A stretch of DNA of 64,000 nt. It comes from Bacillus sp. (in: firmicutes) (GTDB taxonomy: Bacteria; Bacillota; Bacilli; Bacillales; Cytobacillaceae). Below are positions 40,793-53,253 of this stretch, in pieces. The notes below the pieces were generated by a model that saw nothing but the letters and a program-made list of their open reading frames with translations, did no database searches and was not told where the DNA came from. How positions within the stretch are numbered: the first letter of the stretch is position 1; each line of letters starts with the position of its first letter. Location: assembly GCA_011524525.1 (NCBI GenBank), contig WTKE01000112.1, positions 4,020 through 68,019 on the forward strand. Direction: 5' to 3'. The position numbers were made by a program, and so were the translations under genes.

Positions 40793-40919
40793 TAATCCCA
40801 CTTTGAATACACCCTTCCAGTGTTCAACGTTTCTTTTTCTACTTTTCCCCAATACACCCGATTTATGAAAAAAGCCTGCTGTCCCGATCGTTAAGATGGG
40901 AACAACAGGCTTTCAAACA

Positions 40920-41079
40920 TTAACTTTTTAAGATCTCTTCAATTAGTTGTATTCTTCTGTGGCAAATTCCAAATGATTAAGTGCTGCAACGTTTTCCTCG
41001 ATTTGACTAACCTTACTCGCACCTATTAAAGCGGTGGAACGGTAACAAGTGCCCACTTACCTTTTAGTTTCATCTCCAT
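40920..41079 (-). pseudogene. Deletion scar fusing an SDR 5' end to an aldo/keto reductase 3' end
   Basis: AAAGGGGAG SD then MEMKLKGKWALVT; in a shifted frame STALIGASKVSQIEENVAALNHLEFATEE, then QLIEEILKS* after another shift. Confidence 0.7.
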
Positions 41080-41088
41080 TTCTCCCCT

Positions 41089-42252
41089 TTATAGTGATGC
41101 ACGATAAATTTCTACGATATCTTCTTTTGTTAAGTTTTTAAATACTCCTAGGGAACCTTTTGCAAATGCTTTGTCAGCCATAAGCTCAAGATTTTCATCA
41201 CCAATTCCATAGTCCGCCAGTCTCGAAGGAGCGCCAATTGAATTCCAGAATTGACGTAGAGCCTCAATCCCTTCTAATGCCACTTCTCGTTCGGATTTTC
41301 CATCTGGAACAATATCAAATACTCTAGTAGCAAATTGTACAAAGCGTCCTACATTTTCATCAAGCACATGCTTCATCCAGTTTGGGAATAAAATCGCTAG
41401 TCCCCCTCCATGCGGGATATCGTATACGGCGGAAACAGCATGCTCGATATCATGAGTTGACCATTCTCCTTGCGTTCCCATACCAAGCGATTTATTTAAA
41501 GCAATCGTACCCGTATATAAAATCGTTTCACGTAAATCATAGTCCTCTAAGTTCTCAATTAATTGAGGAGCTGTTTCGATTACCGTCTTTAACAATGATT
41601 CACAGAAGCGATCTTGTAAGGGTGTATTCTTCACATGATGGAAGTATTGCTCAAATACGTGAGACATGATGTCAACCATACCATAAACCGTTTGATCCTT
41701 TGGAACAGAGTATGTATAAACAGGATCTAAAATGGAAAATTCAGGATAGCTCACCGTACTACTCCAACCGATTTTTTCTTGCGTGTCCCAATTCGTAATA
41801 ACCGAGTTATTATTCATCTCCGAACCTGTTGCAGCTAATGTTAAGATTGCTCCAAACGGTAACGCTTCCACTGCTTTAACATTTCCTTTGATAATATCCC
41901 ATACATCTCCTTGGTAAGGAACCCCCACAGCAATTGCCTTTACACAATCAAGGACACTTCCACCTCCCACTGCAAGAATAAAATCTACAGAATTCTCCCT
42001 AGCCATATTGATACCTTTTTGAACTGAAGATAACCTTGGGTTCGGTTCTACTCCACTAAGTTCAAACACTTCGGCGGATAAAGAAGCTAGGATCGTCTGT
42101 ACTTCCTCATATAAACCATTTCGTTTAATACTTCCTCCCCCATATACAAGGAGCACCTTTGAACCATACTTAGGAAGCTCATTCCGTAATTCTTCGATTT
42201 GCCCTTTTCCAAAGATTAATTTCGTTGGATTTCGATAAGAAAAATTCTTCAT
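41089..42252 (-). CDS. Iron-containing alcohol/butanol dehydrogenase (YugJ/YugK-like)
   Basis: [19 protein letters not shown] and H..EH...HG motifs. Confidence 0.9.
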   Translation of the reverse strand: MKNFSYRNPTKLIFGKGQIEELRNELPKYGSKVLLVYGGGSIKRNGLYEEVQTILASLSAEVFELSGVEPNPRLSSVQKGINMARENSVDFILAVGGGSVLDCVKAIAVGVPYQGDVWDIIKGNVKAVEALPFGAILTLAATGSEMNNNSVITNWDTQEKIGWSSTVSYPEFSILDPVYTYSVPKDQTVYGMVDIMSHVFEQYFHHVKNTPLQDRFCESLLKTVIETAPQLIENLEDYDLRETILYTGTIALNKSLGMGTQGEWSTHDIEHAVSAVYDIPHGGGLAILFPNWMKHVLDENVGRFVQFATRVFDIVPDGKSEREVALEGIEALRQFWNSIGAPSRLADYGIGDENLELMADKAFAKGSLGVFKNLTKEDIVEIYRASL

Positions 42253-42387
42253 AAAGATCTCTCCCTTTTTATATTCTTTTTCCATTATAAAATAAATAAA
42301 TATATATGTTTACTTTTAAATGTATATACTTTTATTTTTTTTGTAAAAAATAAAGACTAGATAAACTAATCTCCATTTTATAGCTAC

Positions 42388-43281
42388 CTAATGTCTTTGA
42401 AGGAAGTGATACAATGCGCCAATTAAATTCGAATCATTTCCAAATTGACACTTTTCAACCTTGATTGACAAACGATGTACATCTGTTTTCATTTGACTTA
42501 GCTTTTCATTAATACGATTCACTAAATCTTCACGACTACTAATGGCACCACCGATTAATATTTTCTCCGGATCAATCGCATACTGTAAGTTAAGTATCCC
42601 GACGGCTAGACGCTTGATAAACTTTTCAATTTCATCATTAACTTCTTCATCGCCTTCGTCTGCTAATTCAAATACTTTTTTACCATTCAAAGTACTTGGA
42701 TCCATTCCTTTTCGTTTCGCCATTAGCCTCACTAAAGCACCGGTTGCTCCTAATGCACTCCAGCTCTCTCCTAATGGTTGATTAAGGTAATCCTCCATTA
42801 TCATAAAGCCAAATTCTCCACCGTGAAGATGATGGCCATGTCTAATTTTTTTATCTATTACAAGTGCACCACCAATGCCTGTTCCTATTACAATACAAAT
42901 ATAATCGCGAACATCCTTCGCTGCACCAATCCAGCCCTCAGCTAATCCGGCACAGTTCGCATCATTTTCAAGCTCGACGGTTAGTCCTGTTTGCTTCTCA
43001 AGAATTTCCTTTATATTTGGACCATGAATGAAAGGAATCGCACTAGCCCCTTCAATATGGCCCTTCTCAACATTGACAGCTCCCGGCATGCTAAGAGCTA
43101 TCCCCTTGATTTCTTGTTTTTGCTGAAATTCTTTTACGAGAGAATCAATAACACGAATAAACTCATCTAAACCCTCACATGGAGTAGGAACAGATGCTTT
43201 TTCTATAAATTCACCAACTTCATTCATTAGTGAATATTTTATTGCAGAGCCACCAACATCAAATACTGCAAAGTAGTTCAA
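42388..43281 (-). CDS. ROK family sugar kinase (beta-glucoside kinase-like)
   Basis: FDVGGS, ENDANCA, GTGIGG and GGEFG motifs; no HTH and no CxCGxxGC zinc motif. Confidence 0.85.
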   Translation of the reverse strand: MNYFAVFDVGGSAIKYSLMNEVGEFIEKASVPTPCEGLDEFIRVIDSLVKEFQQKQEIKGIALSMPGAVNVEKGHIEGASAIPFIHGPNIKEILEKQTGLTVELENDANCAGLAEGWIGAAKDVRDYICIVIGTGIGGALVIDKKIRHGHHLHGGEFGFMIMEDYLNQPLGESWSALGATGALVRLMAKRKGMDPSTLNGKKVFELADEGDEEVNDEIEKFIKRLAVGILNLQYAIDPEKILIGGAISSREDLVNRINEKLSQMKTDVHRLSIKVEKCQFGNDSNLIGALYHFLQRH

Positions 43282-43312
43282 ATCACATTCCCTCCATAAT
43301 CCCTTGAATCGA

Positions 43313-44329
43313 TCAGTCTTTTGTACCGCATGATTCTCTTATAATAAGCTCTGAGTCAATCAATACTGGCTTTAGTCCAGTTTTCCCGTTAATTAAATCA
43401 TTCAACATATAAGCTGATAATTTACCAAATTTCTCTTTATCCTGTTTTACAGTCGTGAGTTTGGGTTCGCTGTAGCGGCATGCAGCAATATCATCACAAC
43501 CAATAAGACGGATATCTTGTGGTACACGTAAACCTTCCTCTTTTATCGCTCTTAATGCCCCAAGCGCCATGAGGTCGGAGGCGGCAAAGATTGCTTCCGG
43601 ATAAGGCTTTTTTGCTAAAATTTCCTTCATCGCAAGATAACCGCTCTCCTCATGAAAATCCCCATATTGAATCCAGTCTTCCCTTACATCAAGTCCGAAT
43701 TGATTCATTGCATCGATAAACCCTTTTTTTCTAAGGTTTGAAATCATTGAGTCACGCATACCACCGATATATCCAATCTCTCTGACAGAGTGTAAATATA
43801 AGTGTTCAACCACTTTTCGTGACAAATTAACATTATCAGTCATTAAGTAACTGACCTTTGTACCACTTAGTTCTATATCAATACCCATACAAGGGATATC
43901 TGCTTTCGCAAGTTCGTGGACAGCCTCTTCTACTTCTTCCCCAGCGATGACTAAGCAGCCATCCAGATGGAAATGTTTGCACCTTGCAATATAGCTTCCA
44001 TTATCTTGGCGGAATTGTTCATTTGAAAACATCAGGATGTCGTAACCTAACAGACCAATATTCTTCTTAAATGAAGAAATAACTTCATTGAAGTAAGGAT
44101 GAGTCATATCAACATTTACTTTCCCTGCATAGATTAACCCGATTAAGTTTGATCGTTTCGTTGCAAGTGACCTAGCTGAGAAATTGGGTTCATACCCCTT
44201 TTCATTGATGATATCCATTACTTTTCTTTTTGTTTTCTCACTAATCCCACCATAATTATTGAGCACTTTAGAAACGGTACCGGATGAAACACCAGCTAAT
44301 TCTGCAATATCCTTTATTGTAAGACTCAT
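43313..44329 (-). CDS. LacI family transcriptional regulator
   Basis: TIKDIAELAGVSSGTVSKVLN HTH; YEPNFSARSL hinge. Confidence 0.93.
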   Translation of the reverse strand: MSLTIKDIAELAGVSSGTVSKVLNNYGGISEKTKRKVMDIINEKGYEPNFSARSLATKRSNLIGLIYAGKVNVDMTHPYFNEVISSFKKNIGLLGYDILMFSNEQFRQDNGSYIARCKHFHLDGCLVIAGEEVEEAVHELAKADIPCMGIDIELSGTKVSYLMTDNVNLSRKVVEHLYLHSVREIGYIGGMRDSMISNLRKKGFIDAMNQFGLDVREDWIQYGDFHEESGYLAMKEILAKKPYPEAIFAASDLMALGALRAIKEEGLRVPQDIRLIGCDDIAACRYSEPKLTTVKQDKEKFGKLSAYMLNDLINGKTGLKPVLIDSELIIRESCGTKD

Positions 44330-44421
44330 GTTTATCCCTTCTACTTCCATTTAATTATGTTTGTCTATGTTAGATTACTAGTAGTTAGGATACGAATCAA
44401 TATGAAGGAAATAAAAAAAGA

Positions 44422-45255
44422 TTATTTTACTGATCCTTCCGTAATACTTGAAATGAACAAACGATTAAATAGTAAGAAAATAATGAGAAGCGGTGCGGTT
44501 GCCCAGAATACCCCTGACATGATCATCCCAAAGTCAATATTATGTGTATTGCTCAAGTTAGCTAACGCTACTTGTATCGTATAGTTTTCTGGATCTCTTA
44601 GAACAGTGAACTGCCATAAGAATTCTCCCCATACAGCCGTAAACACGATGATTCCTAGAGTAGCGAATGCAGGGAGAATGATCGGTAATACAATACTTCG
44701 GTAAATTTTAAAATTTGAACAACCGTCAAGCTTTGCAGCCTCAATCAATTCGTCGGGAACAGCTTCACTTACATACTGTCTCATTAAGAAAATACCCAAC
44801 GGATTTAAGAAAAATAGGACCATTACTCCAGGCAGAGTATCTAATAGACCAGCCTTAGAAATTAGGAAGTATTGTGGAATTAAACCTAGTTGAGGCGGAA
44901 TAATCATCGTAACCAGTATTGCCACAAACAATGCATTTCTTCCTGGAAACTTAAACTTCGCAAAGGCAAATCCAGCAAGAGAACTAATTATTAGAACAAC
45001 AATCGTTACAATCGCACAGATAACGAATGAATTCCACATCGCATGGAAGAAATCAATTTGACTTAGAACTTTCTTAAAGTTATCCACTAGTAAATTTCCT
45101 GGTGTGATTGTCGGTGGAATGGAATTATATGCTGAGCTTGGCCTTGTAGCCATGACAAACATCCAATAGAAAGGAAACAAAGAAAGTAATGAAGCAACGG
45201 CTAAAAAGAGATACATAAAAAGTTTTCCTGTGAAGAATTTCTTTTTATTACTCAT
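44422..45255 (-). CDS. Carbohydrate ABC permease (MalG/CebG-like)
   Basis: EAAKLDG loop. Confidence 0.92.
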   Translation of the reverse strand: MSNKKKFFTGKLFMYLFLAVASLLSLFPFYWMFVMATRPSSAYNSIPPTITPGNLLVDNFKKVLSQIDFFHAMWNSFVICAIVTIVVLIISSLAGFAFAKFKFPGRNALFVAILVTMIIPPQLGLIPQYFLISKAGLLDTLPGVMVLFFLNPLGIFLMRQYVSEAVPDELIEAAKLDGCSNFKIYRSIVLPIILPAFATLGIIVFTAVWGEFLWQFTVLRDPENYTIQVALANLSNTHNIDFGMIMSGVFWATAPLLIIFLLFNRLFISSITEGSVK

Positions 45256-46208
45256 TTTGCAGCCCTCCTTTTTCCACGACCATATCCAGACGTTAATAAA
45301 GTATTAATAGTTGCAAAGGTTGCAATAATCACTAGTAAAATAACAGCAGTAGCAGATGCTGTGCCGAAAGATTGTAGCTTAAATGCATCACGGTAAAGGT
45401 ACATTACTACTGTCATGGCTTCATCTCTCGTAAAAGCAGACGTACCTAAGAAAACAGTTGGCTCAGAGAATAACTGTAAAGCCCCTACTGTAGAGAAAAA
45501 TACTGTGAGAAGAATGAAAGGCTTGAGCATTGGCATTGTTATATAACGGAGCTGTTGGAATTTGTTTGCCCCGTCAATTGTTGCCGCTTCGTACAGGTCA
45601 TTAGGAATACTTTGAATTCCTGCTAGATAGATAATGGTGTTATAACCAACCCACCTCCAGAAAACCATGATGGAAATAGCAATTTTCGTCCCCCATTCAG
45701 AAGTTCCCCAGTTTACAGGGTCAAACCCAAATAGCCCCAACACATAGTTTGCTAATGAAGTTTCATGGTTACTAAAAAGCACACTGAATATAAGAGCTAC
45801 AGCTACCATTGAAGTAATGTATGGCATGAAGATAGTGACTCTAAAGAAATTTTTAAAACGGAGGAAAGCCTGATTTAGTAAAAAGGCTAAAATAATCCCT
45901 ATTACCAATTGTGGGGCCGTTCCCATCAATCCCATGACAATTGTGTTATAAACAGACTTCCAAAACAGAGGATCATTTAACACTACTTTAAAGTTATCTA
46001 GACCAACAAATGTCGCTGGACTAAAACCATTCCATTTTTGAAAAGCTAACACGGTACTAAATAAGGCTGGGTAAAGCCCGATCACCGCAAAAATAACGAA
46101 GAAGGGTGCAATGTATAAATAGCCCGAAATCATATCCTTCTTAGCTTCTGAAAGATACTTTTTGTTCTTTTCCTTCTTCCCACTTTGTGTAATAGAATTC
46201 ATTTGCAC
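45252..46208 (-). CDS. Carbohydrate ABC permease (MalF/CebF-like)
   Basis: LYEAATIDGA loop. Confidence 0.92.
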   Translation of the reverse strand: MQMNSITQSGKKEKNKKYLSEAKKDMISGYLYIAPFFVIFAVIGLYPALFSTVLAFQKWNGFSPATFVGLDNFKVVLNDPLFWKSVYNTIVMGLMGTAPQLVIGIILAFLLNQAFLRFKNFFRVTIFMPYITSMVAVALIFSVLFSNHETSLANYVLGLFGFDPVNWGTSEWGTKIAISIMVFWRWVGYNTIIYLAGIQSIPNDLYEAATIDGANKFQQLRYITMPMLKPFILLTVFFSTVGALQLFSEPTVFLGTSAFTRDEAMTVVMYLYRDAFKLQSFGTASATAVILLVIIATFATINTLLTSGYGRGKRRAAK

Positions 46209-46284
46209 GCCTCTTTTCTATCGTAAAGTAGGATATGGTGCCAAACGGTCACCATATCCAAGGTAAGACTATGAAACTTTTACA

Positions 46285-47580
46285 TTATCTTGCTACTAAA
46301 TCCTTCGCACGTTTCACGGCTTCTTTCCACTCTTTCTCTGGATCAGCACCATCTTGAACGTTCTTAAGTCCATTGATTACCTCTTGGTGAACTGGGAAGT
46401 ACTTTTCACCTTTGTACACAGCACCTTGAATGTCTTGTGCTGCCTCAGCAAATACACTAGAAGTTACTTGACCACCAAAGAACTCATCTTCGTTTGCTTT
46501 GAATTCTTCCATATCATAAACAGATGGAGCAGATGGGAATAACCCTTTACTTTGGAATGATTTTAGTTGGTTCTCAGGAGATACTAACCATTCAACAAAA
46601 TCATACGCTTCTTCAGCATGTTTCGTTTCTTTAGGTATAGAAATGTATGATCCACCCCAGTTAGCGGCAAATTCAGTTGGTAACGTAGCAACTTTCCATT
46701 TTCCTACCGCATCAGGAGCATTTCCTTCCATCCATCCTTTTAACCAACCAGCACCGAGCTCAGCCGCGAATTCACCAGTGTTCACTGCATTGGACCACTC
46801 TGGAGTCCACATATCAAATTTACCAACAATTCCTAATTCATTCAGTTTTACCGCATAGTCAAAAGCTTTTTTCACAGCATTGCCTTCTTCTTCTAAGAGA
46901 AGTTCACCCTTTGGATTCAGGTACGTTTCTTCTGAAGCATCTAGGTATGCACGATAGGCCATTTCAATGCTATCTACAAATGGCTTTCCAGTCTTTTCCT
47001 TCACTTGTAAACCAGCCTTTTGGAATGCTTCTGGAGAATTAATCAAGGCAGCCACCTCAGCTGGGTCAGTTGGCAGACCAGCTGCTTCAAAAATATCTGT
47101 ACGATAGTACAAGCCTTTTGGACCAATATCTGTTGGAAGACCGAACAAGAAGTCACCTTCTGTATTTTCTCCACCCTGCCATTTCCAGTCTAAGTATTGA
47201 TCTTGGACATCTTTCGCCCCTAAATCATATAAATTATTGAAACGATCTTGTGCCACTTTGAAGCGGTCAAACTGATCTACTTCTAACATTGCGATGTCCG
47301 GCGCACCACTACCAGCAGATAGTGATGTAAATAATGCATCATGATGTTCAGCAGTTTCAGATGATTTTACTTTTATTTTTACGTTAGGATGTTCTTTTTC
47401 ATATTCTTTCGCAAGTTCCTCATAACCGGTTGCACCAAAAGCCCAGAAGCTTAATTCAACCTTTTTATCCCCGCTTTCTCCTGAAGAACTATCTTCACTT
47501 CCACTACAAGCAGCAAGAGAAAGTGCAAGAGCTGACGACATTCCCAAAGCAAATAATTTTTTCATACCTTTCCATTTCAT
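46285..47580 (-). CDS. Carbohydrate ABC substrate-binding lipoprotein (cello-oligosaccharide-like)
   Basis: Lipobox LAAC; PTDIGP and NWGGS motifs; divergent from the cellulase. Confidence 0.88.
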   Translation of the reverse strand: MKWKGMKKLFALGMSSALALSLAACSGSEDSSSGESGDKKVELSFWAFGATGYEELAKEYEKEHPNVKIKVKSSETAEHHDALFTSLSAGSGAPDIAMLEVDQFDRFKVAQDRFNNLYDLGAKDVQDQYLDWKWQGGENTEGDFLFGLPTDIGPKGLYYRTDIFEAAGLPTDPAEVAALINSPEAFQKAGLQVKEKTGKPFVDSIEMAYRAYLDASEETYLNPKGELLLEEEGNAVKKAFDYAVKLNELGIVGKFDMWTPEWSNAVNTGEFAAELGAGWLKGWMEGNAPDAVGKWKVATLPTEFAANWGGSYISIPKETKHAEEAYDFVEWLVSPENQLKSFQSKGLFPSAPSVYDMEEFKANEDEFFGGQVTSSVFAEAAQDIQGAVYKGEKYFPVHQEVINGLKNVQDGADPEKEWKEAVKRAKDLVAR

Positions 47581-47682
47581 GCAAAATTACCCCCATTGTT
47601 TTGGTTTATGAATCAATGAAACTGCTAAATGAAAGAAAATGTAGCTCCATCCCTCCTTATTGGTTTCAACATGCCACTCTAC

Positions 47683-47979
47683 GAAAACGGTTTCCTTAAT
47701 GGTGATAAAAAAAGACGTTTCACCAAATGGAAATCGCTTACAGTCGTTAGTATACGGTTTTAAAAACATAAAATCAACACATTTTTGTAAAACGGTTTCC
47801 TAAAATGTTAGAATATATTTTCTAATCAATTACTATTTACTTATTCCATTCCAGTAAATACATGTTATAATGCTTTTTGTAAGCGTTTTATAGTTAAAAT
47901 TTAGTAGAATTAGATACTAAGAGAGGAGGGAACCAGAGAATCCTGCTTTTGGATACTTTGTTTTCGGAAACCGTTTTCC
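47683..47979. promoter_or_regulatory. Divergent control region with three LacI-type operators and two cre-like sites
   Basis: GAAAACGGTTTCC (47683), TAAAACGGTTTCC (47788), GGAAACCGTTTTCC (47966); cre-like TGGAAATCGCTTACA (47728) and TGTAAGCGTTTTAT (47878); extended -10 TGtTATAAT (47863-47871). Confidence 0.75.
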
Positions 47980-48009
47980 TAACTATTAATAACATGAGGA
48001 GGAAGAACA

Positions 48010-50328
48010 TTGAGGAAAAAATTACGAAACCAACTTACAGTAATCTTAACGATAATCGCTTTATTAGCTTCATTTTTGCCTAGTTCTGTAGGTGCAGCAG
48101 AATCAGATTATGATAATCTAATTGTTGATCCTTCAAAAAAGCCTTCAGTGGCAGGAGCATTACAAGTTCTTGATATTAATGGTGTAAAAACACTATGTGA
48201 CTCACAAGGAAATCCCATTCAATTAAGAGGAATGAGTACTCACGGTTTACAATGGTTTCCTCAGATACTTAATAACAATGCCTTTGCAGCACTTTCAAAT
48301 GATTGGGGAGCGAACGTAGTACGATTAGCAATGTATGTTGGTGAAGAAGGATATGCAACAAATCCTGATGTCATTAAGCAACGTTTAATCGACGGCATCG
48401 AATACGCCATTGCTAATGATATGTACGTTATTGTCGATTGGCATGTACATATGCCTGGAGACCCAAATGCCGATGTATATAGTGGTGCAATGGAGTTCTT
48501 CAAAGAAATTTCTTCTTTATATCCAAACCATCCTAATATTATTTACGAAGTAGCGAATGAACCAAGCAGCAATGCTCCTGGAGTTACAAATGACGCAGCT
48601 GGGTGGCAGCAAGTAAAATCATATGCTGAGCCAATCATTCAAATGCTTCGTCAGAACGGAAATGAAAACATCGTCATTGTCGGAAGTCCTAACTGGAGCC
48701 AACGTCCAGACTTAGCAGCTGACAATCCAATTCAAGATCAAAACACCGTTTACACGGTTCACTTTTATACAGGAAGCCATGCCCCTGCTGCTGATAGCTC
48801 TGATAGACAAAATGTCATGAGCAATGCACGATATGCTCTAGAGAATGGTGTTGCAGTGTTTGCCTCTGAGTGGGGAACTAGTGAAGCCAATGGAAATAAC
48901 GGCCCTTACTTAAACGAAGCGGATCAGTGGATTAATTTCTTAAACTCTAACAATATCAGCTGGACAAATTGGTCTCTAACCAATAAAAATGAAACTTCCG
49001 CTGCCTTCCTCCCTTTTATTATGGGGAAACATGATGCAACGAGTCTCGACCCAGGTGAGGACCAGGTTTGGGCAGCAAACGAACTTTCAGTTTCTGGTGA
49101 GTATGTTCGTGCTCGTATTAAGGGCATTTCTTATCAACCAATTGATCGAACGGAAAGAGAAGAATTCACGACCAATGTGTGGGATTTTAACGATGGAACC
49201 ACTCAAGGGTTAGGAATTAATGGTGGAAGCCCGATACAAGATGTTACTGTGAACAATGTTAACAACGCTTTAGAGCTTGGGAATCTACAAGCTAGCACAG
49301 ATGTTTCTGAAGGTAACTATTGGGCAAATGTTCGTATTTCAGCAGACTCTTCAACTGCTCGTCCAGATATCTATGGAGCTGAGAAACTTACAATGGATGT
49401 GATTGTTGATCATCCAACAACAGTCTCTATCGCTGCTATTCCTCAAAGCGCAAGTGTTGGCTGGGCAAATCCTACCCGCGCTATCCAAGTAACAGAAGAT
49501 GACTTTGTTTTACAGCAAGACGGGAAATATAAATCCGTTCTATCGATCTCAAGAGCTGATTCTCCTACTCTCGAACAAATTGCTACTAGCTTAGAAGATA
49601 GTACATTAACAAATGTTATTTTATTTGTAGGATCAGCTAATGGTGGAGACGTTTCTCTAGACAATATTTCCGTGACCGGTAATCGTGCGGTTGTCGAACA
49701 ACCAGTTGTTCACGATCCTATTGGTACAGCAGTGCTACCTTCCGATTTTGAAGACCTAACTCGTCAAGGTTGGAAATGGGATGCAGGTTCAGGAGTAAAG
49801 ACAGCATTAACGATTCAAGAAGCTAATGGTTCAAAAGCTCTATCTTGGGACGTAGCCTATCCTGAAGTTAAACCAGTCGATGCTTGGGCTTCGGCACCTC
49901 GTCTTGTAATTGGAGATATCAATGCAACACGTGGGGAAAACAATTACTTTGTGTTTGATTTATACCTTGATCCCGTTCGTGCAAGCATGGGTTCACTATC
50001 TGTTAACTTAGCATTTGCACCACCTAGCCTAGGTTACTGGGCACAAGCTACTGAAACATTCGACATCGATTTAACCGCACTAGATTCAGCAACTAAAACA
50101 GCAGATGGATTGTATCACTATAAAGTTGTATTTGATATGAACCTGATTAGAGACGGTAAAGTAATTGCTCCAGATACGGTACTTCGCGATATTACAATCG
50201 TAGTCGCAGATCAAAAGAGTGACTTTGCTGGGAACATGTACGTAGATAATATTAATTTTTCAAATCAAGATCCAAGAATTGAGTATAAGAAAAACGGGAA
50301 ACCAGTGAAACCAAAGAAAGTAAAATAA
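48010..50328 (+). CDS. Secreted GH5 endoglucanase with tandem CBM17/CBM28-type modules (alkaline cellulase type)
   Basis: Signal peptide; [19 protein letters not shown] and SEWG catalytic motifs; WASAPRL and GYWAQ CBM motifs. Confidence 0.92.
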   Translation: MRKKLRNQLTVILTIIALLASFLPSSVGAAESDYDNLIVDPSKKPSVAGALQVLDINGVKTLCDSQGNPIQLRGMSTHGLQWFPQILNNNAFAALSNDWGANVVRLAMYVGEEGYATNPDVIKQRLIDGIEYAIANDMYVIVDWHVHMPGDPNADVYSGAMEFFKEISSLYPNHPNIIYEVANEPSSNAPGVTNDAAGWQQVKSYAEPIIQMLRQNGNENIVIVGSPNWSQRPDLAADNPIQDQNTVYTVHFYTGSHAPAADSSDRQNVMSNARYALENGVAVFASEWGTSEANGNNGPYLNEADQWINFLNSNNISWTNWSLTNKNETSAAFLPFIMGKHDATSLDPGEDQVWAANELSVSGEYVRARIKGISYQPIDRTEREEFTTNVWDFNDGTTQGLGINGGSPIQDVTVNNVNNALELGNLQASTDVSEGNYWANVRISADSSTARPDIYGAEKLTMDVIVDHPTTVSIAAIPQSASVGWANPTRAIQVTEDDFVLQQDGKYKSVLSISRADSPTLEQIATSLEDSTLTNVILFVGSANGGDVSLDNISVTGNRAVVEQPVVHDPIGTAVLPSDFEDLTRQGWKWDAGSGVKTALTIQEANGSKALSWDVAYPEVKPVDAWASAPRLVIGDINATRGENNYFVFDLYLDPVRASMGSLSVNLAFAPPSLGYWAQATETFDIDLTALDSATKTADGLYHYKVVFDMNLIRDGKVIAPDTVLRDITIVVADQKSDFAGNMYVDNINFSNQDPRIEYKKNGKPVKPKKVK

Positions 50329-50333
50329 CCACA

Positions 50334-50370
50334 AGAAAAGGAACATGGGTCTATTCTCATGTTCCTTTTT
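50334..50370. terminator. Bidirectional terminator
   Basis: AAAAGGAACATG...CATGTTCCTTTT. Confidence 0.8.
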
Positions 50371-50379
50371 CTATCATCC

Positions 50380-51630
50380 TTATAAACTTGGAGCATTTGA
50401 CGGTGCAGGAGGATGAAGTTTCCTTTCCTTCCCATATAGAACCATAAAGAAACAAGCAAGCCCAGCAAATAGAGTATATACCGTAATCATATGATCGTAA
50501 TTAATGACCTCTGAAATAAGACCAAACAGTAGATAACCGACCGTTGATCCAATCTGTGTGGTATTCATATATAGCGTAGTTGCTGTTCCTGGAGCTTCCT
50601 GCATAAAGTCTTGGAAATAGGAAATGGCTATCCCAGAGGTTATCGAAACTTGCGCAGCACTCAAGATTTGTAATGGATATATTTGCCATGGTTCTGTAAC
50701 AAATCCAAATAAAAAGAAATAAGCAAAAGCGGTGACAAATCCCATTTTGACAAGCAGAGATACATCCATTCTTGTTGCAAGTAAGCCCAGACCAATCATC
50801 ATTGGAACCTCAAAAATAGGAGGAACACTGAATATCAAGCCAACATCCATTTCTGTTCCATTTAATACCTTCGTAACAAATTGTGGAACATTTAACATAT
50901 GAATAGAAGTAGTCGCTGAGAGTAATAAGGCCGCAGCTAAGTTTGCAAAAATATGTGGCTTTGAGATTGATTTTTTTACTGAAAGAGACTCCTGATTTAC
51001 TACCTTCTGTTTTGCCACATCTTTTAGGAGAAAGACACTTGTTAAAAAGGCTAGTAAATAGCCTGTTGCAACAAATAAAAATAAACCTTTAAAATCAATT
51101 AAAACCAGTAGCCATGCCCCTAGAGCAGGGCCTACTGTCCACGCTAGGGCAAAAAACATTCGGAAAATATTCATAATAAAAGGAGTATGCTCAGAAGGAA
51201 TAGCCGCCTCTTTTAGTGCATCTCTTGCATAAGCCCATAATTGAGGTACAGCAGCTGCCGAAGCCCCCAAGAGAAAGAAAGCAACCAGCGACAAAGCAAT
51301 ATAATTTCGTAAAAAAGCAAATAATGCATATCCTATGATACCAGCAAAAGTTGTTATTATTAGTAACTTTCTTCGACTCAACTTCGTATCGGAATACTTC
51401 GCAACTGAACTACTAATGGTTACCCCACCTAGTGCAAGGATCGTCATAAAGACACCAAACCCTGCATTGCTCATTCCTACCTCATCAATCCCAAAGAGCG
51501 ATGAAAAAGGAATAAAAAACGAGGTAGAAAATCCTAAGATGGTATTAATTAAAAACAAAACTGGAAACGATGGGATTTTCCAAATGAATACTACCTTTTC
51601 TTTAAACGCTGAAATAAAATTCTTTTTCAT
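50380..51630 (-). CDS. MFS sugar efflux transporter (SetA-like)
   Basis: SLFG..EVG, AWTVGP, FEVPMM and SYFQD..PGTATTLY motifs. Confidence 0.82.
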   Translation of the reverse strand: MKKNFISAFKEKVVFIWKIPSFPVLFLINTILGFSTSFFIPFSSLFGIDEVGMSNAGFGVFMTILALGGVTISSSVAKYSDTKLSRRKLLIITTFAGIIGYALFAFLRNYIALSLVAFFLLGASAAAVPQLWAYARDALKEAAIPSEHTPFIMNIFRMFFALAWTVGPALGAWLLVLIDFKGLFLFVATGYLLAFLTSVFLLKDVAKQKVVNQESLSVKKSISKPHIFANLAAALLLSATTSIHMLNVPQFVTKVLNGTEMDVGLIFSVPPIFEVPMMIGLGLLATRMDVSLLVKMGFVTAFAYFFLFGFVTEPWQIYPLQILSAAQVSITSGIAISYFQDFMQEAPGTATTLYMNTTQIGSTVGYLLFGLISEVINYDHMITVYTLFAGLACFFMVLYGKERKLHPPAPSNAPSL

Positions 51631-51729
51631 AACTTCATCAATCCTATCTTTTGATTCTAGAAATTGTAAAAGATAAACAAGGAAAGTGAAGATCAACAAT
51701 TAATGATCTCCACTTTCTTATCTTTACTG

Positions 51730-53103
<1,374 letters not shown>

Positions 53104-53169
53104 CTATTCCTCCTCAGAATCCCAGGCTGTGTGTAGTTTCTATAGATTTTATTATATGCCTTTTCACTT

Positions 53170-53200
53170 AATTGTCTATACTTTTAATTTATATAATATA
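53170..53200. promoter_or_regulatory. GntR (GmuR-like) operator
   Basis: AATTGTCTATAC matches the reverse complement of AAATGTATAGACATTT found upstream of the GntR gene. Confidence 0.65.
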
Positions 53201-53253
53201 TACAATTAATATATTATCATCCACAAAAAACCTGCCAATAGACAGGTTCAGCT

